Shown here piece after piece: positions 11,156 through 24,113 of a DNA stretch of 64,000 nucleotides. Positions within the stretch are counted from its first letter, which is position 1. Each line of letters starts with the position of its first letter. Made by a program: the position numbers and the translations under genes. Under the pieces are notes generated by a model that did no database searches, was not told the origin of the DNA, and worked only from the letters and a program-made list of their open reading frames with translations. The stretch spans positions 868,001 to 932,000 of the forward strand of contig CM039000.1 in the NCBI GenBank assembly GCA_017499595.2. Direction: 5' to 3'. The DNA comes from Psilocybe cubensis. Taxonomy: Eukaryota.

Positions 11156-13065
11156 TATAAAGAGCGACTGGAATTTCATGAACCCCAGCCGTGCATTATG
11201 CCCTAATGCTGGACGTGTTTTTCGTCGACGCGCACCCATCCTCGTCGTTGCCTCCCTCGTCGTGCACCCGCCTTGTCATGCACCCTCCTCGTCGTGCACC
11301 ATCCTCATCGTGCACCCTCCTTGTCGTGCACCCTCCTCGTCGTGCACTATCCTCATCGTGCACCTTCCTCGTCGTGCACCTTCCTCATCGTGCACCTTCC
11401 TCGTCGTGCACCTTCCTTGGTGTTGTGTTCTTCCTATGCCATGCTCCGGTATAGACTCTGGTCTCTTGGACATGTTCTGTGTTTAACCTTGTAAGTTTTA
11501 TATGTTTCGAAGACTCATGTAGTACTGACAATGCATGCAGAATCAAAGTGGAGATTTGGACGTCCAGCGAATGCTCGTGAAGGAATGCACGGGAACCAAG
11601 AGGTATGAGACTTTATATGTAGTGTTGAGAACATGTACTGACTTTGTATTAGTTGCATCTCGAAGCTACGCGTCGATCTTTGCATCTGACAATAGAGGGC
11701 TGTGATATGGGTAAGTGTCTTGCTGTTCAGAGTGCTAGACACGCGTCTAACTGTTTTTCGTAACCCAGATTGCTCTGATGCGATGTATTTCTTTCCCGCG
11801 ACTCCAAATCGTTAGTGCCAGCATGCCCCGATGCGCTCTGAGGCAACATATCGTTGTCCAGCGAGCTAAACTCCTCATCCCAAACTCGTGCACCACCAAA
11901 TTATGCCCCGACGCTATGTATCGTTGTCCGGCGAGCTGGACCCTCCATCTTGCTTGTCCCAACTCTGTGCAACGAAATGTATGCCCCAACGCGATATATC
12001 GTCTTCCGGCGAACAGGATCTACCCCACTCCTTATCCAGTTATGCCCCGACGCTATATATCGCCGCCCGGAGAACTGGACCCTCCCCTTGCTTGTCCCAA
12101 CATGATATATCGTCTTCCGGCGAGGAGGAACCACCCCACTCCTTGTCCAAATATGCCCCGACGCCATGTATCGCCGTCCGGTGAGCAGGACACTCCCCTT
12201 GCTTGTCCCAACACGATATCTTGTCTTCCGGAGAGCAGGAACGACACCATTTCTCATGCAGAAGTCTTGTAGGAGCCCAGCTATGCGCCGACGCCACGTA
12301 TTGCCGTCCGGCGAGACGCATCTCCTCCTTCATCCCAAGTTCATTTATGCACCAACGTCGTCCAGCCTCTTTGGAGGCAGTACTATGCACCCACCCAACC
12401 TATCGTCGTCCGGCGAGATGTATTGCTGTCCGCCGAACTGGATACACCCTACTCCTCAACCAGAACCCCCGAATGACCCCGACTATTCTCTGACATGATG
12501 TGTTGGAATCTGGCAAACACGACACATTGTTGTCCGGGGAGCTTTGACCCAGTGCACTCATCCGGCAAGCAGGACTCACCCCACTCTTCATCCGATTGTC
12601 TTGTCCCAACCCATCACTGCATCGAGGAAGTAGACCCGCGCACTCTTTGTTCTATGTCCCAACCCAACGTATTGCTACCCGCCAACCAGGACTTCCCCAC
12701 TCTTCATCCGGGCGCCTTAAACCCTCTGACACGACTTATTGGCGTTCGATGAACAGTCAACCCGGTGGAATGAAGTTACGCACCTATGAAGAACACGTAT
12801 GACGTGTCGCCATCCCGTCCCGCCGTTCAAGTTTGCGACCCGTCGTTGTGGTTGTGTGGCAAGAAGGACGTTTGTCCCGTGACGCGACTTGCGAGTAAGT
12901 GATTCCACCTTGTGCTGACTTGAATTTCTAGATATGAGACTGAGACCCGGTGAGTGATTTCCCTGTAGATAGACCGGTTACGCCCCATTCTGGCCTTCGG
13001 GCGGGGCTAACCTCTGCTAGTACGATAAATTGAAGGTGTTGCGATGCATGGACTACGCTCTTTTT
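11156..13065 (+). ncRNA. Putative spliced, ORF-poor transcription unit, copy B
   Basis: Same TATAAA, splice donors, branch points and acceptors as copy A. The last ~230 bp (~12840-13065) are essentially identical to ~2025-2250. Confidence 0.45.
11254..11418. repeat. 16-bp minisatellite, 10 units
   Basis: TGCAC cores every 16 bp from 11263 to 11407. Confidence 0.88.
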
Positions 13066-13165
13066 TTGGGCTATTAATAGATCTCGACATTTTACCGAGC
13101 GAAAACTCACCAGAAAAACACACAAGCGAGAGTCATCAAGACAAAATCAGACTCCAACTTCACCG

Positions 13166-13257
13166 TGGCCCTCATCCAGTTGGTATGTAACCGAAAGGCT
13201 CATAAAATGATTATATTGAACTTAACTTACGATTAGGGTCGTACGAGATCTGGGTCC
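13166..13257 (+). repeat. Inverted ectopic copy of 23655-23755 (exon end, intron and exon start of the DOPA-dioxygenase-like gene)
   Basis: TGGCCCTCATCCAGTTGGTATGTAACCGAAAGG..GATTAGGGTCGTACGAGATCTGGGTCC is the reverse complement of 23655-23755, with 3 substitutions and a 9-bp deletion. Confidence 0.95.
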
Positions 13258-13925
13258 AGAACGCAATAGAAAAGACCCCACGCACCGTTTCGCACCGCCC
13301 GCATCAGGACTGACAATAATCCCATCCCTCCACCCCGCAATCTCCCTCTTGATATACCCAACCATCAACGGCTCCGACCACAAATTATCCACCGGAATAT
13401 CAAAAAACCCCTGAATCTGACTTGCATGCAGATCCATCGTAATAACATGATCACACCCCGCCACAACCAACATATTCGCCACAAGCTTCGCCGTAATCGG
13501 CGCCCGACTCTTATCCTTCTTATCCATCCGCGCATACGGGAAACAAGGGATAACAGCCGTAATCCGCCTCGCCGACGCCGTCTTGCACGCTGAGATCAGA
13601 ATGAGGAGTTCCATGAAATTGTCGTTGACGTCGTCGCATCCGGACTGGATGATGAAGACGTCTTCGTCGCGCACGGACTCGGAGATTTTGACGTTGATTT
13701 CGCCGTTGGAGAATTTTTTGACGGTGACGGGGACCAGGGGCACGTTGAGCCTGTTGGGTTGGGTTATGGAGGGATGCGCGACTCGTGGAGACGGGCTCAC
13801 CGCTCGGCCACAGCTTGGGCGAGCTCGGGGTGGCTATTCCCTGTGTGTGGAATCAGGGGCTGGTCTCGCTGTACCCCAACACAAAACATACCTGCAAGAA
13901 TCCTGATAGAGTTGTTGTGATACAT
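13258..13925 (-). pseudogene. PRS: Ribose-phosphate pyrophosphokinase (PRPP synthetase), 5' half only
   Basis: Exons give [94 protein letters not shown] and [10 protein letters not shown]. The gene breaks off in the next intron; I did not find the C-terminal PRPP-binding DD..DT motif in the window. Confidence 0.88.
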
Positions 13926-14409
13926 GGCAGAACAGACAGAGACAACTTTGATAGACGACAATAAAAAAGATGAGAGGATATAAACTATTGCATAGATCAA
14001 GAAATAAAAGAAACAAATGGGTGGGTGCAAGTACAGAGAGAAGAAGAGGAGAAGAGGGGAAAAATCCGATCGGCTAAATGGAAAATTATCACAAGAATCA
14101 CATTTATTTGGCTCTACACTGCTCCGCAAACATTACGCACAGCCACAGTGACTGCATTCCCCTCCCGCGAGCCAATACGGCGGGGCTGCTATTGGCTGCA
14201 GAGGTAACGGGGGCCTATTGGTATTAATCAATCAATCAGAGTGTAAGCAAGAGACCCAGTCGGAGACGTAACGATTCATATTCAATATTAACGACAGATT
14301 CCATATGCATGGGGTCGGCTGAACGTAAGAAACTGCATACGCACGTACATAAGTAGTCGGCGATCGGTGTTCGCACCCTTCCATTGAGCGATCTGATTCT
14401 CAATCGCAA

Positions 14410-16456
14410 TCAATCCATGCACCAGCACAAATCCATTAACAAAAAAAATAGCGTAACAATGCACAAAACTGCAAACTCAAACACCAACCCCCGACCGAAT
14501 CGTAATATTCTCAACGACATACTCCGAATCCGCATATCCCAAAACGCGAGGCAGAAGCGCACTAAAAGTCATCCAAAAAACACATCAGCAATCCATCCCA
14601 TAACACAATGCGCAATGACAGAGACTAACCTATTCAACCCTTTAACAGCCATAATCTGCGCAGAATTGTAATTCGCGAGTCCACGACCAACTTCAATGAC
14701 ATCACTCTCGCAGATTTCCTTCTCCTCTCCCTCCCCCTCCTCTTCCCCCCTCCCCCCCGCCAAAACAACAACCCTAACAGCCTGCCCCGCCGCAAACACC
14801 CCAACCACACCCAGCACCCCAACCGCCAACAACCGCCCCCCACTCTCCCTCTTCGCCAACACCCCATACGCACCCCCATCAACCACCACACTCCCCGACG
14901 GATTCAGCGTATTTCTCGTCCACGCTTTCAAATCGCGCAGCGGTGTAGGCGAAGCGAGGAAGAGTGTGTGTGGTGGGCGCGGGAGGACGCGGTCTATGAT
15001 TTTGAATACGTTTTGTGGGGATTGGCTTGTTGTGATTACTGTTGTTACTCCCGCTGCAGTTGCTATTTCCGCTGCGATCAATTTTGTTTCCATACCACCC
15101 GTACCAAGACTTGACCCTAGCGTATTCGTACTGACTGCATCCAAAGAATAAAATTTAAAAAAAATAAATGAAATAAAAAAAGAAACCACAACACACCTTC
15201 CCGCCTAATCCCAGCAACACTCTCAACGACCTCAATCATCCTCGCACCGGGCTCCTTCCTCGGGTTCGCCGTATACAGCCCGTCCACGTCCGTCAGTAAG
15301 AAGAGATAGTCCGCGTGGATCATGGAGGAGGTTATAGCGGATAGGGTATCGTTGTCCCCAAATTTGATTTCCTGTTGGTTTGGATGTGGATTTGCATTCG
15401 CATTTGTGTGACATACGAGTTAGCTTGATGTAAAGAACAAAGAAAGAAAAGGACAAGGAATATACGCACACTAACAGAAACCGTATCATTCTCATTCACA
15501 ATCGGCACCACGCCCATACTTAACAGCTCATTGAGCGTGTTCACAGCGTTCAAATACCGCGTTCGCTAGATGTAAAAGAGAGTAAATTGGAGTGAGTATC
15601 GGTAAACGTTAATAGAGATAGGAAAATAAGAATGGGCAGAGATATATCGATACGACGCGTAAAACGCAAAGAGCACGAAAAAAGAGCCAGACAAGAATAA
15701 GACCAAAAAAAACCAAAAGAACTCACATCAGAAATATCCCCCCTCGTCAACAAAATCTGCGCAATAGGCTGTTCGAGCTGGCTGAACAGGTTATCCCATA
15801 ATGCTATAAGTCTGCCTTGGCCGATGGCTGCTAGTGCCTGCCCAAGTCCAAATCAAAGTAATAAAAAAGGAGGGGAAAGCGTCAGCGTCAGCGTTCACAC
15901 TTCACACTTCCTTTCGTACACGGAGATATACACAGAGAAACAGAAACGCACCTGTTTCCCAACAAGACTCCCCGGCCTCCTCTCCATCCTCATCCTCCTC
16001 ATCCCCACCCCAATCGCACCCGAGCTAACTAACACAACGCGATGCCCGTGCCGTTTGAGATCGACGACGACTTCGACGATGGCGGATAGTTTGGAGAGGA
16101 GGGGTTGGTGGGTTGTTTCGTGTACTATTGAGGATGTGCCTGTTGGTGGGGTGGGTGAGTATGGATGGGGTGAGTTATGTATGGAACAGTGTGGAGGAGG
16201 GGATGGGGGGTGGAGGTGGTGGTGAGGAGGAGGAGGAGGATGAGTGGGTGTGCGCAGGAGGACGAGGGGGCGAGGGGGACGAGAAGGAGGGAGGAGGGAT
16301 GAATCAACGCGTCTATAAGCACTCACCAAGCTTAATCACGATCGTCTGCGGGGGCACGCCGTTCCGCGGGAGGGTAGGCGCCGGGGAGGGGGTGGTGGAA
16401 GGGGCAGGCGCGGGGGTCGCTGGTGTCGATGGTGACGGTGTGTGTGGTGAATCCAT
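14410..16456 (-). CDS. PRO1: Glutamate 5-kinase with PUA domain, copy B (3' end uncertain)
   Basis: Same exon structure and motifs as copy A. ATG at 16456; first in-frame stop of the last exon is TGA at 14410-14412, though a further 3' intron cannot be excluded. Confidence 0.92.
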
Positions 16457-17439
16457 ATCGTTGGTATTATGCTATATGGTTATGGTTGTGTGATTACGAT
16501 GTCAAAGTCAAGGAAAGGCGATGTGTGATGTCGGGGGTGCGATTGTGGTAGTGCGGTAGCGTCAATGCCCTTTGCGATGGATGCGTGGTGTGGTACTGGT
16601 GGAGTGTGGTAGCGGCGCCAGGGGAGTGGTAATCAAGCTCCTCAAAAATCGCGACGCTAAAGCAAAAGAAAAAGCAAAAAGCTAAAGCTAAAGCAAAGGA
16701 AAGGAAATAGAATCAGCACTGAGTACTGAGTGTGAGCGCGAGCACTGAGCAAATCAAATCGTCGTATCGTCGTAAAAAGTCAAAGATCGATGACGAACAA
16801 AAACAAGAAAGTCCGAGAACGAGAACGAAAACGAGATAAGATAATAAATCGATTGTCGATGTCGATGACGATGATGACAATAAAATTTACCCGGTCGTAA
16901 TAAAAGGTACGTACCGGTACGCGTTATTTCGAATCCGCGTCCGACTTCGATATCAAATCCCAAATACGAACCAGATCCACAGGGCTGTATATGTTCAGTA
17001 CAGGAAAGCCTCCAAGCCTTCAAGCTTCAAGTGGAGCTGTATATATGCGCTTGCCAGCACAAGCATCCCTGAACCGTGACTTCCGAGTCATTTCCGAGTA
17101 AAAAGTTGTAGCGTGTTGCGTTGCGAACACGATTCATCATTGAGGCCCGAGGGCAGCTGAAAATGCTGTGTTCTCGTACTTGGCTCTATTTGGCTTTGAC
17201 AAGCCCGATAATCCCGAAGGCCGACAACGCTAACTTGAACTTCTTGCAAGCATCTTACACTATACAGCAATAAACACATAGTCATTCATCATTCGAATTC
17301 GTCAACGCACGCGCATGCAGTCTGGAACGTAAAATACTTCGTATATATAACATAAAATAATCATGACCGTGAACGTGAATGTATATTCCGATGAGGGAGT
17401 TCTCGATTCTCGAATATCCGAGCTCAAGCCGAGTCAAAA

Positions 17440-18520
17440 TGATGATGAAGCTGACGATGAAAATGAGGAGGATGAGAAAACCATGAATTGTAAAATACCA
17501 AAGATGTATGATGATGATGATGGATAGAATAGATAAAAGTGGATAATGGTGGGTGGTGGTGGGATAAATGCAAACCTAAACCTAATAGTACACAAAAGGA
17601 AAAAAGAGAGAAAAAGAAGAGAGGAGAGCATGCAGACCGGCCGAAACTAAAATCGACCTCCTGCCCGGGGGTGGGGTGGGGTGGGGTGGGGCGGTGGTGG
17701 GTGGTGAAGAGGGAGAATGTGAAGAGGGGGAAAGGGGAAAAGAGGAGAGATGTCGACATACAACAAACCAAACAGATTGAATAAAAATAAATAGAGGGGG
17801 TTGTAGGTTGAAGGGTTGAGTAGAAAAGAAAATAGGAGGGGGTGGAGGAGGGTTTGAGTAGATTGAAAATACGAGGAGGGGGGGAGGAGGGGGAGGGGGA
17901 TATTGATAAGGTTGGATAAGGAAGGGTATGGGTATGTGTATGGACATTACACAATTTGGACAATTGGAAGCATCAACAACAAGAACAAGAACATTAACGT
18001 CAACAGCGTCAACATTAGCGTCAACAGAGTCAGCATTAGCGTCAACAGCGTCAAAAACATCAACCTGAACAGCGTCAACGACATTAACAGTAACATTTAA
18101 CATTTAAACGTGGAGTCTTTTTTTATTTCTATCTCAAAAATTGTTCGTCGAAAATTGTTTGTGTTCATTTTTTTTGTTTGTGTCTTTTGTCTTTAACTTT
18201 TGTCCTTGTGTCGTCATGTTTCTATCCTGTCCTCTTCTCTTCTCACCTCTTCTCGTGTCCTCTCTTCTCCTTCTTTTGTGGAGTTGTAGGAGGTGTATAT
18301 TGGGTGTTTAGATCGATTAGAATTCTACCCTCCTTTTCTCTCCCCTTTCCTCTCGAACCTCGAACCCCGTTCTACTTTTGCAATGCGCGGTTATGTGGTT
18401 GTGATGGACTGTGGACTGTTAAAATTGTGGAATGGGGAAGGGGGAAGGGGTGGGGTGGGTATAGTGTATTTATACGATTAAGTAAATAAAATGGAATGGA
18501 ATGGCATTGTGGACTTTTTT
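17440..18520. repeat. Low-complexity, microsatellite-rich tract including an ~9-bp CAACAGCGT-type repeat at ~17975-18100
   Basis: GAT runs, GGGGT runs, purine tracts and AACAGCGTC/AACATTAGC units. The ORFs here are compositional artefacts. Confidence 0.75.
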
Positions 18521-21467
18521 TAAAGAAACTTTTAATATTTTGGTTTTGGGTTTACGGTTGTGCTACATTTACGTCAAGTACGACTCTGAACGGGTTATGA
18601 CTTCTGAACGTTGAACGTTGAACCCTTATAACTCTGGGCCCGAATGCCAGACAGTGGAGAATTAGAAAAAGTGTCGGTTTTCTTTAAAATTTAATCTTTG
18701 TCTTTGTCTTTGTCCTTTGCCTTTCTACTTTTTTTCTGGACCTGGAAAAGCCATTACGCATTATCAAACACCAAAAGGAAGATTTTCTTATAGCGTAATT
18801 TGCGGTGCAAAGCGAGTACTTACTATCACGATGGTCAGGGAGATAATAGATTCATATATTTGTACAAAAGCGTGAATTCCAGAATGCACACTGGCTCTAC
18901 TGGCTTTGAACTTTGCACTTTGCACTTAGTACAGCATATACACTCTGTTAAATTCAATTTTCAAAGTTATCGCGCAAACTGTAACGGTTAGTCACCGTGC
19001 CGATTTTAAGCTCAGACGGCACATGTACGATCCAGAAGAATCTTGGAAGAATCCGACTCGAGGCGACGAGGCGCCGGTCGGTTTCGTGCCCTCGTAAGTT
19101 TCCTAATGCAACACTTTTCAGCCTAATGGAGAGTAAAAGCCAATTAGAGTCTATGTACATAGAAAAAATATCTGGCTTTCCTATAATCCCTAGAAGCTGA
19201 ACAGCTTCCTCGAGAGATTTTGAGACCTTAAGATCATTGGCCCTGACATGTTTCTTAGCCATTTCATTGTGAAAAATGGCCGGGACTAATTTGCACAAGT
19301 GGCGTCAACTTGGAGGTGAAGCCGCCGCACGCGGCGCGTTTCAGACGGAGTTTAAACACATCAAATGTCAATTTGCAAAGTGACGAGGTGTCAGGCAAAC
19401 CTTATGGGGGAGCTTCTTGGGGCCTACTCAGAACTTGCTTTCTTCTTCTTCATTTGCTTCATCTTCACTTTTTGCATCTAATCTTGTGCAGTGTTTCGAG
19501 TGTCTTGACGTTTTGAAGTTGGAAATTAAAGGCAGCAGGCTTGAAGTTTTGGCGGAGATGTCACGGTCGTGATGTACTGTACCTTGACGGCGTATGCTCT
19601 TTTCTGAGTCTTTGTTTCATTTTTTCATTCTTTTTTTTTTCTTTCTGTAAAGTCTGGGATCGTTTTTGCTTGACGGGCGATGACTTGTCAAGGGATCAGC
19701 TGAGCCTTGCATGGTCACCTTGCTTCGTCATCCAGTGGACCAGTCTGCTTCATGAAGAGTATATGAGTGTTATGTTGGTACTTTACTGCATAGGCATACT
19801 AGTGCCAGATGGTCTCGAGATACCCAAAAAAGCAGTCTGGCAGGGTGGTGAGTGCGGTACATTATGATCTTGCTTTAACCGAATGAGTTGACGGAATTTT
19901 TGTATCATGCGATATGATAGAGATATGACAATCATCTGCTGTTATCCGAGTCAGCGTCTGGATTTATTCATTCAATTGCGAGTACTGAGTGCTCAAAGTG
20001 TTCGTTCTGGGTGATCAAGCTCAGCTGGTACGTTCATGCTTATTTTTTTTGGTTCCTGATTTTACTCTTTGTTTAAGATAGCGTCATCGTTACAGTCTAT
20101 CTACGTGAGGTTCTCGACAGCGCTGCAACTAAAATAAAAGTCAATGAACACAATGCGGTGGCTGCGGTCAAGATGCGATGGATGGTACTAGAAATTGTGG
20201 CTAGCGATGGCCTTTCATACCCAAACTTCTCAGAAATAAATTCATTTCGAAATCGACGCACACACGTATGCGCAAGGCGAGAGCAACGCAATGGTGCTTC
20301 ATATACAAATTACAAGACGACATCGCGTTGTATTTCTCACTCTGACTCCGCACGGGCGCCTGTATCAGCATGGTACGAGTCTACTATCGCATATGTGTCT
20401 ATTGAATTTAAATTAATCACCCATATACATATCTGACTATACATCCCGATATCAATGATCCATGGCCATGGTCCGTTGACTCAGTTTCGAGAGCGATGAC
20501 ACTGCACCAATGTGCTACGATATGTTTTGCGGCCTGCCCAGCGACCGACACTATCGGGAATCGGGAAACGACATGTAAATCGTAAAAGTACGAGAGGGAT
20601 GCGGAATCAGAATGCGGGTATTGGTAAGTGCCAATACAATAGCACTGTTATCTCTTATTGACAAAGATATTGGGATGGGAGAGAAGGGCTCTGTTGGCCG
20701 GTCCCGGTGCTTGATCATGAGTCTTGAGTCTTCAGGGTGTCCAAGGCTCCAAGCCTATAGAACGAGGCACAGACTCCGACTCCGACTCGAGTCAGCGACT
20801 CTGCGGAGAGTCCGAGCGGGAGAGTCACAACACGTACATCAAGAGTCGAAGGCTAGATTTCCGCTGACTTTCAATTGTCGTCTGGGCTCAGTGAACGCTG
20901 GAATATCTGGAACTTGAAGTATAGCCCTCTCTCGGATCCTCTGAGTCTGAGATCCGGGACGGCTCGAACGCTCTCTGGGGTCAAGTATCGCGCGCGCGCC
21001 GTTAACGCGCCTTTAGGTGACCTATGTCGGCGCTAAAAATAACACGCAATTTGTTTTTACGAATGAACCTCTTGGTATGCTCTTGGCTGATTGCTGTCTG
21101 GGTGCTTGTTGAGGACAGAGTCTAGAAGGGCACGCTCGGATTGGACGCGCTCCCCCGTTCTTGTTGGAAACTTACTCGAGACACGGATGTTATGGCATGG
21201 ATCTGCGTGGATGGTGTGTAGAGCCGTAATGTTTTGCTGCCGATCCTGGCTGACTCTTCTATCAAGCCCTGATCGCTACCACTGGGGTATGTAGCTAGAC
21301 CACAATGAGCGGTGAGCCGAATAACCGAGCCTCCAGATTCTGTCTTTTTACAAAACGTATAAAGACGTGAAGGTGGAGTGAGGATTTTTCCCAGTTTTAT
21401 TTTGACTCTCAAGTAACTCTCCATCCCCCCCCCAATCTGACATTACACCAAACGCGCGCGACAAATC

Positions 21468-22819
21468 ATGATCTCACTTGCTGCCCTCACCACGCTCTGT
21501 CTGGCATTCTTGGGCACCCAGGCTTTACCTACTAACTCTACTCTTGAGCGACGTGCAGCGACTGTGTACACTAAATGCACCACACCCAATACTGTTGCAA
21601 TAACTTTTGTACGTATTTTCTATGTAATTCCATTCGGTTGTCGCTGACGACGAAGACTCGTTTCACATCAGGATGACGGGCCGTATTCATACACGTAAAC
21701 TGACATTCTTCTTCGTACCCGGAACTTGACCGTGTTCTGACGATAACATCATAGCTACGACATTGTGAACGCCCTCGACGCTGCGGGTGCCAAAGGCACT
21801 TTCTTCGTCAGTAAGTTGTTATGCTTTCATTTTGCCATCTCGGCATTAACTTCGCGCTTTGGTTGATCTACTTTAGATGGCAACAACTGTAAGCAATTGC
21901 AACGGGATACGGTTGGTCAGGGTTATTTACGATTTCCATGTGCTCGTGCAGGGGGCTGTATATACGATCAGGCTAATGTGGACCGCGTCAAATACGCATA
22001 CAACCATGGACACCAGCTTGCCTCGCACACATGGGCGCACAAGGACCTGAACACGCTTACATGGGATCAAAGTGAGCCTTCAGTTTAGTTTCTGTCTTTT
22101 ATGATTTAGCTCGACTAAGCTTTTCTTAGTCCACGACGAAATGTGGCGTGTTGAGCGTGAGTACCGATTGGAGTTTTCACTTTGAAATGTTCTTGAATTT
22201 TCTTAGAGGCCCTGGTCAGGATAACTGGCGCTTACCCAGCGTTCATGCGTCCTCGTGAGTATCCTGTTCTCGATTCGACACCGCTGACCGCTGATCTGGA
22301 AATAGCATATGGAAACTACAATAGTATGGTCCTCGATGCTTCCGGCATCCGTGGTCAAGGCGTTGTCATCTGGGACTTGGAGTGCGTTTCCTTTGCTTTC
22401 CCTTGACATCGCTGCCACATTGACGAAACACAAATACATCCAGCTCCGGAGACTCCACCGGTGCCTCTGTCCAATCTTCTAAGAACACCTACAGCAGCCG
22501 AATTAGCGCCCACCCAAGCACCATCTTGGCCCTCAATCACGAGACAATTGGTATTTTCATCTTTCTTCCTGTGAGATGCGGTGCTGAGTAAGCGCCCAAA
22601 CTTGTTTTAGAAACCACGGCACACCAGGTGTTGCCATATGCCATCCAGCAGTTGAAGGCAGCTGGGTATAGGCTTGTAACTGTTGCAGAGTGCCTTGGAA
22701 AGCCTGCTTACCAGAGCGTTGTTGCACCTTCTCCTCGCGATGTTCGTGTTTCTTTGACTTGATTTAATTGTTTGAATTCTGACCTTGAAGCTTACTCGCA
22801 GTCTTCCTGGCACTGTTAA
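21468..22819 (+). CDS. Secreted chitin/polysaccharide deacetylase (CE4, NodB domain), about 10 introns
   Basis: Signal peptide MISLAALTTLCLAFLGTQA, dibasic LERR, motifs TFDDGP, GTFF, ASHTWAH, MRPPYG, ILALNHE and GYRLVTVAECL; ends SSWHC*. TATAAA at 21358. Confidence 0.93.
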
Positions 22820-23120
22820 TTTGACTGTTAGTTTGCAGCTATCTTGGACATTTCCGTTGAACTTTGGACTGGACTGTGGACAATCTAATCCTTGTTACCG
22901 GTTTATTAGTTTTTACTTTACTTCATGATCTTCCTATCACTTCTAATCATGAAATCCTGCTTCGTAATTGGACATTTTCATAATAACTAGCTTTTACAGT
23001 GTCACTCCTTTGCATTTCGTTCAATAGGTATCCTTACATTTTACATTTTTGTAATCGATCGAAAGTAGGGTCTGTCGGGTACCAACATGCAACCATTGTT
23101 CAATCCCATCAAAATCTCCT

Positions 23121-24113
23121 TCATACTCTTGGAGGAGCGCGTGCGGCTTCCTTCTCGGACGCCAAAAGATGCTCGACGTTAGCGCCAAGTTTCATGCGCA
23201 TTTCGAGTGTCAGCTGGGGCTTCGCAGAATAGCCAAGTCCTGCCAAAAGGAATTGAGTTATCTCTGTCCTATATGCTGACAAATGACGCACTTAGTGAGG
23301 GGTATTGGAGCGGTATCTCTTCGCTTCTCAAAGGCAAAGCAGTCAAATCAAGGGGGTAAGAGGGTCCAATCCATGCTACACGGGTGTCGTGGTCCCTAAT
23401 TTTTCATTAGCCAATGTAATACTAATAATATTATATGAACTCAGCTGACTTTCGCTAGAAGAATAGGTCAAGTTAGTATCTAGATTCTAAGAGTGTAGAA
23501 TAGAAAGTACCTGCTCTCTGGTCAATGGATGGACAAGAATACTGGAACGATAATTTGATATGGATATATTCTTCGGATTTAAAGATGAACTCGTACCTAA
23601 GATTACCTCGATTCATGCATAAATATGAAAAGACGGCTGAGAATGTTTCCTGAGGGACCCAGATCTCGTACGACCCTAATCATAAGTTAAGTTAAATATA
23701 ATCATTTTAGAGAAAACATGAACCTTTCGGTTACATACCAACTGGATGAGGGCCAATAGGCGCCGTGTTCACTCGAAAGAGTGGTACCGCAACGAATGCA
23801 CCGTCTCTGCGCAAACGGAGAACAGAGTCCCGCAGTTTGAGAGCAGCCGCATTTTCTTCTGCATTATTCTGATGGAAATATATATCTGCAAAAGCACATA
23901 TATGTCGGTAATATCTCATATAAAACAGTCAAAGTACATACGAAAATGCCATTCTCTAGCAAAGGTAGATTACAATCGTCATTGATGGGTCAGCAATGAT
24001 CAGCCGAACTTCGCACAGTGAAGGCTTTACTTGATTTCGCTTTCCACTACTTGTTTCAGTTCCAGAGGTATCCGCACAGGTGCAGGTGTTGAAGGTGTTG
24101 AAGCGGTTGACAT
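23121..24113 (-). CDS. Fungal DOPA 4,5-dioxygenase family protein (DodA-like)
   Basis: Spliced: MSTAST..EIKEWHFHIYFHQNN, PIGPHPVGSYEIWVP, SILVHPLTREQRKDHDTRVAWIG, PLQYPSL. These are the HxHxYF, GPHP, VHP and DH motifs of the family. Confidence 0.88.

Larger units (their letters stand above)
10662..16945. repeat. Segmental duplication copy B (the more complete copy)
   Basis: Collinear with 1-4790. The left boundary is only the point matching window position 1; the true boundary may lie further left. Confidence 0.93.

Noticed and set aside
13125-13172. Degenerate fourth PRS exon (RATVKLESDFVLM)
   Set aside because: Its apparent acceptor and first codons belong to the inserted DOPA-dioxygenase fragment, so the resemblance is probably coincidental.
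17424-18489. ORFs of 100-180 aa in the low-complexity tract
   Set aside because: They are translations of microsatellite and purine/pyrimidine tracts with no gene structure.
18950-19870. Possible decayed gene or transposon relic
   Set aside because: Fragmentary frames with stops and no recognisable motif.
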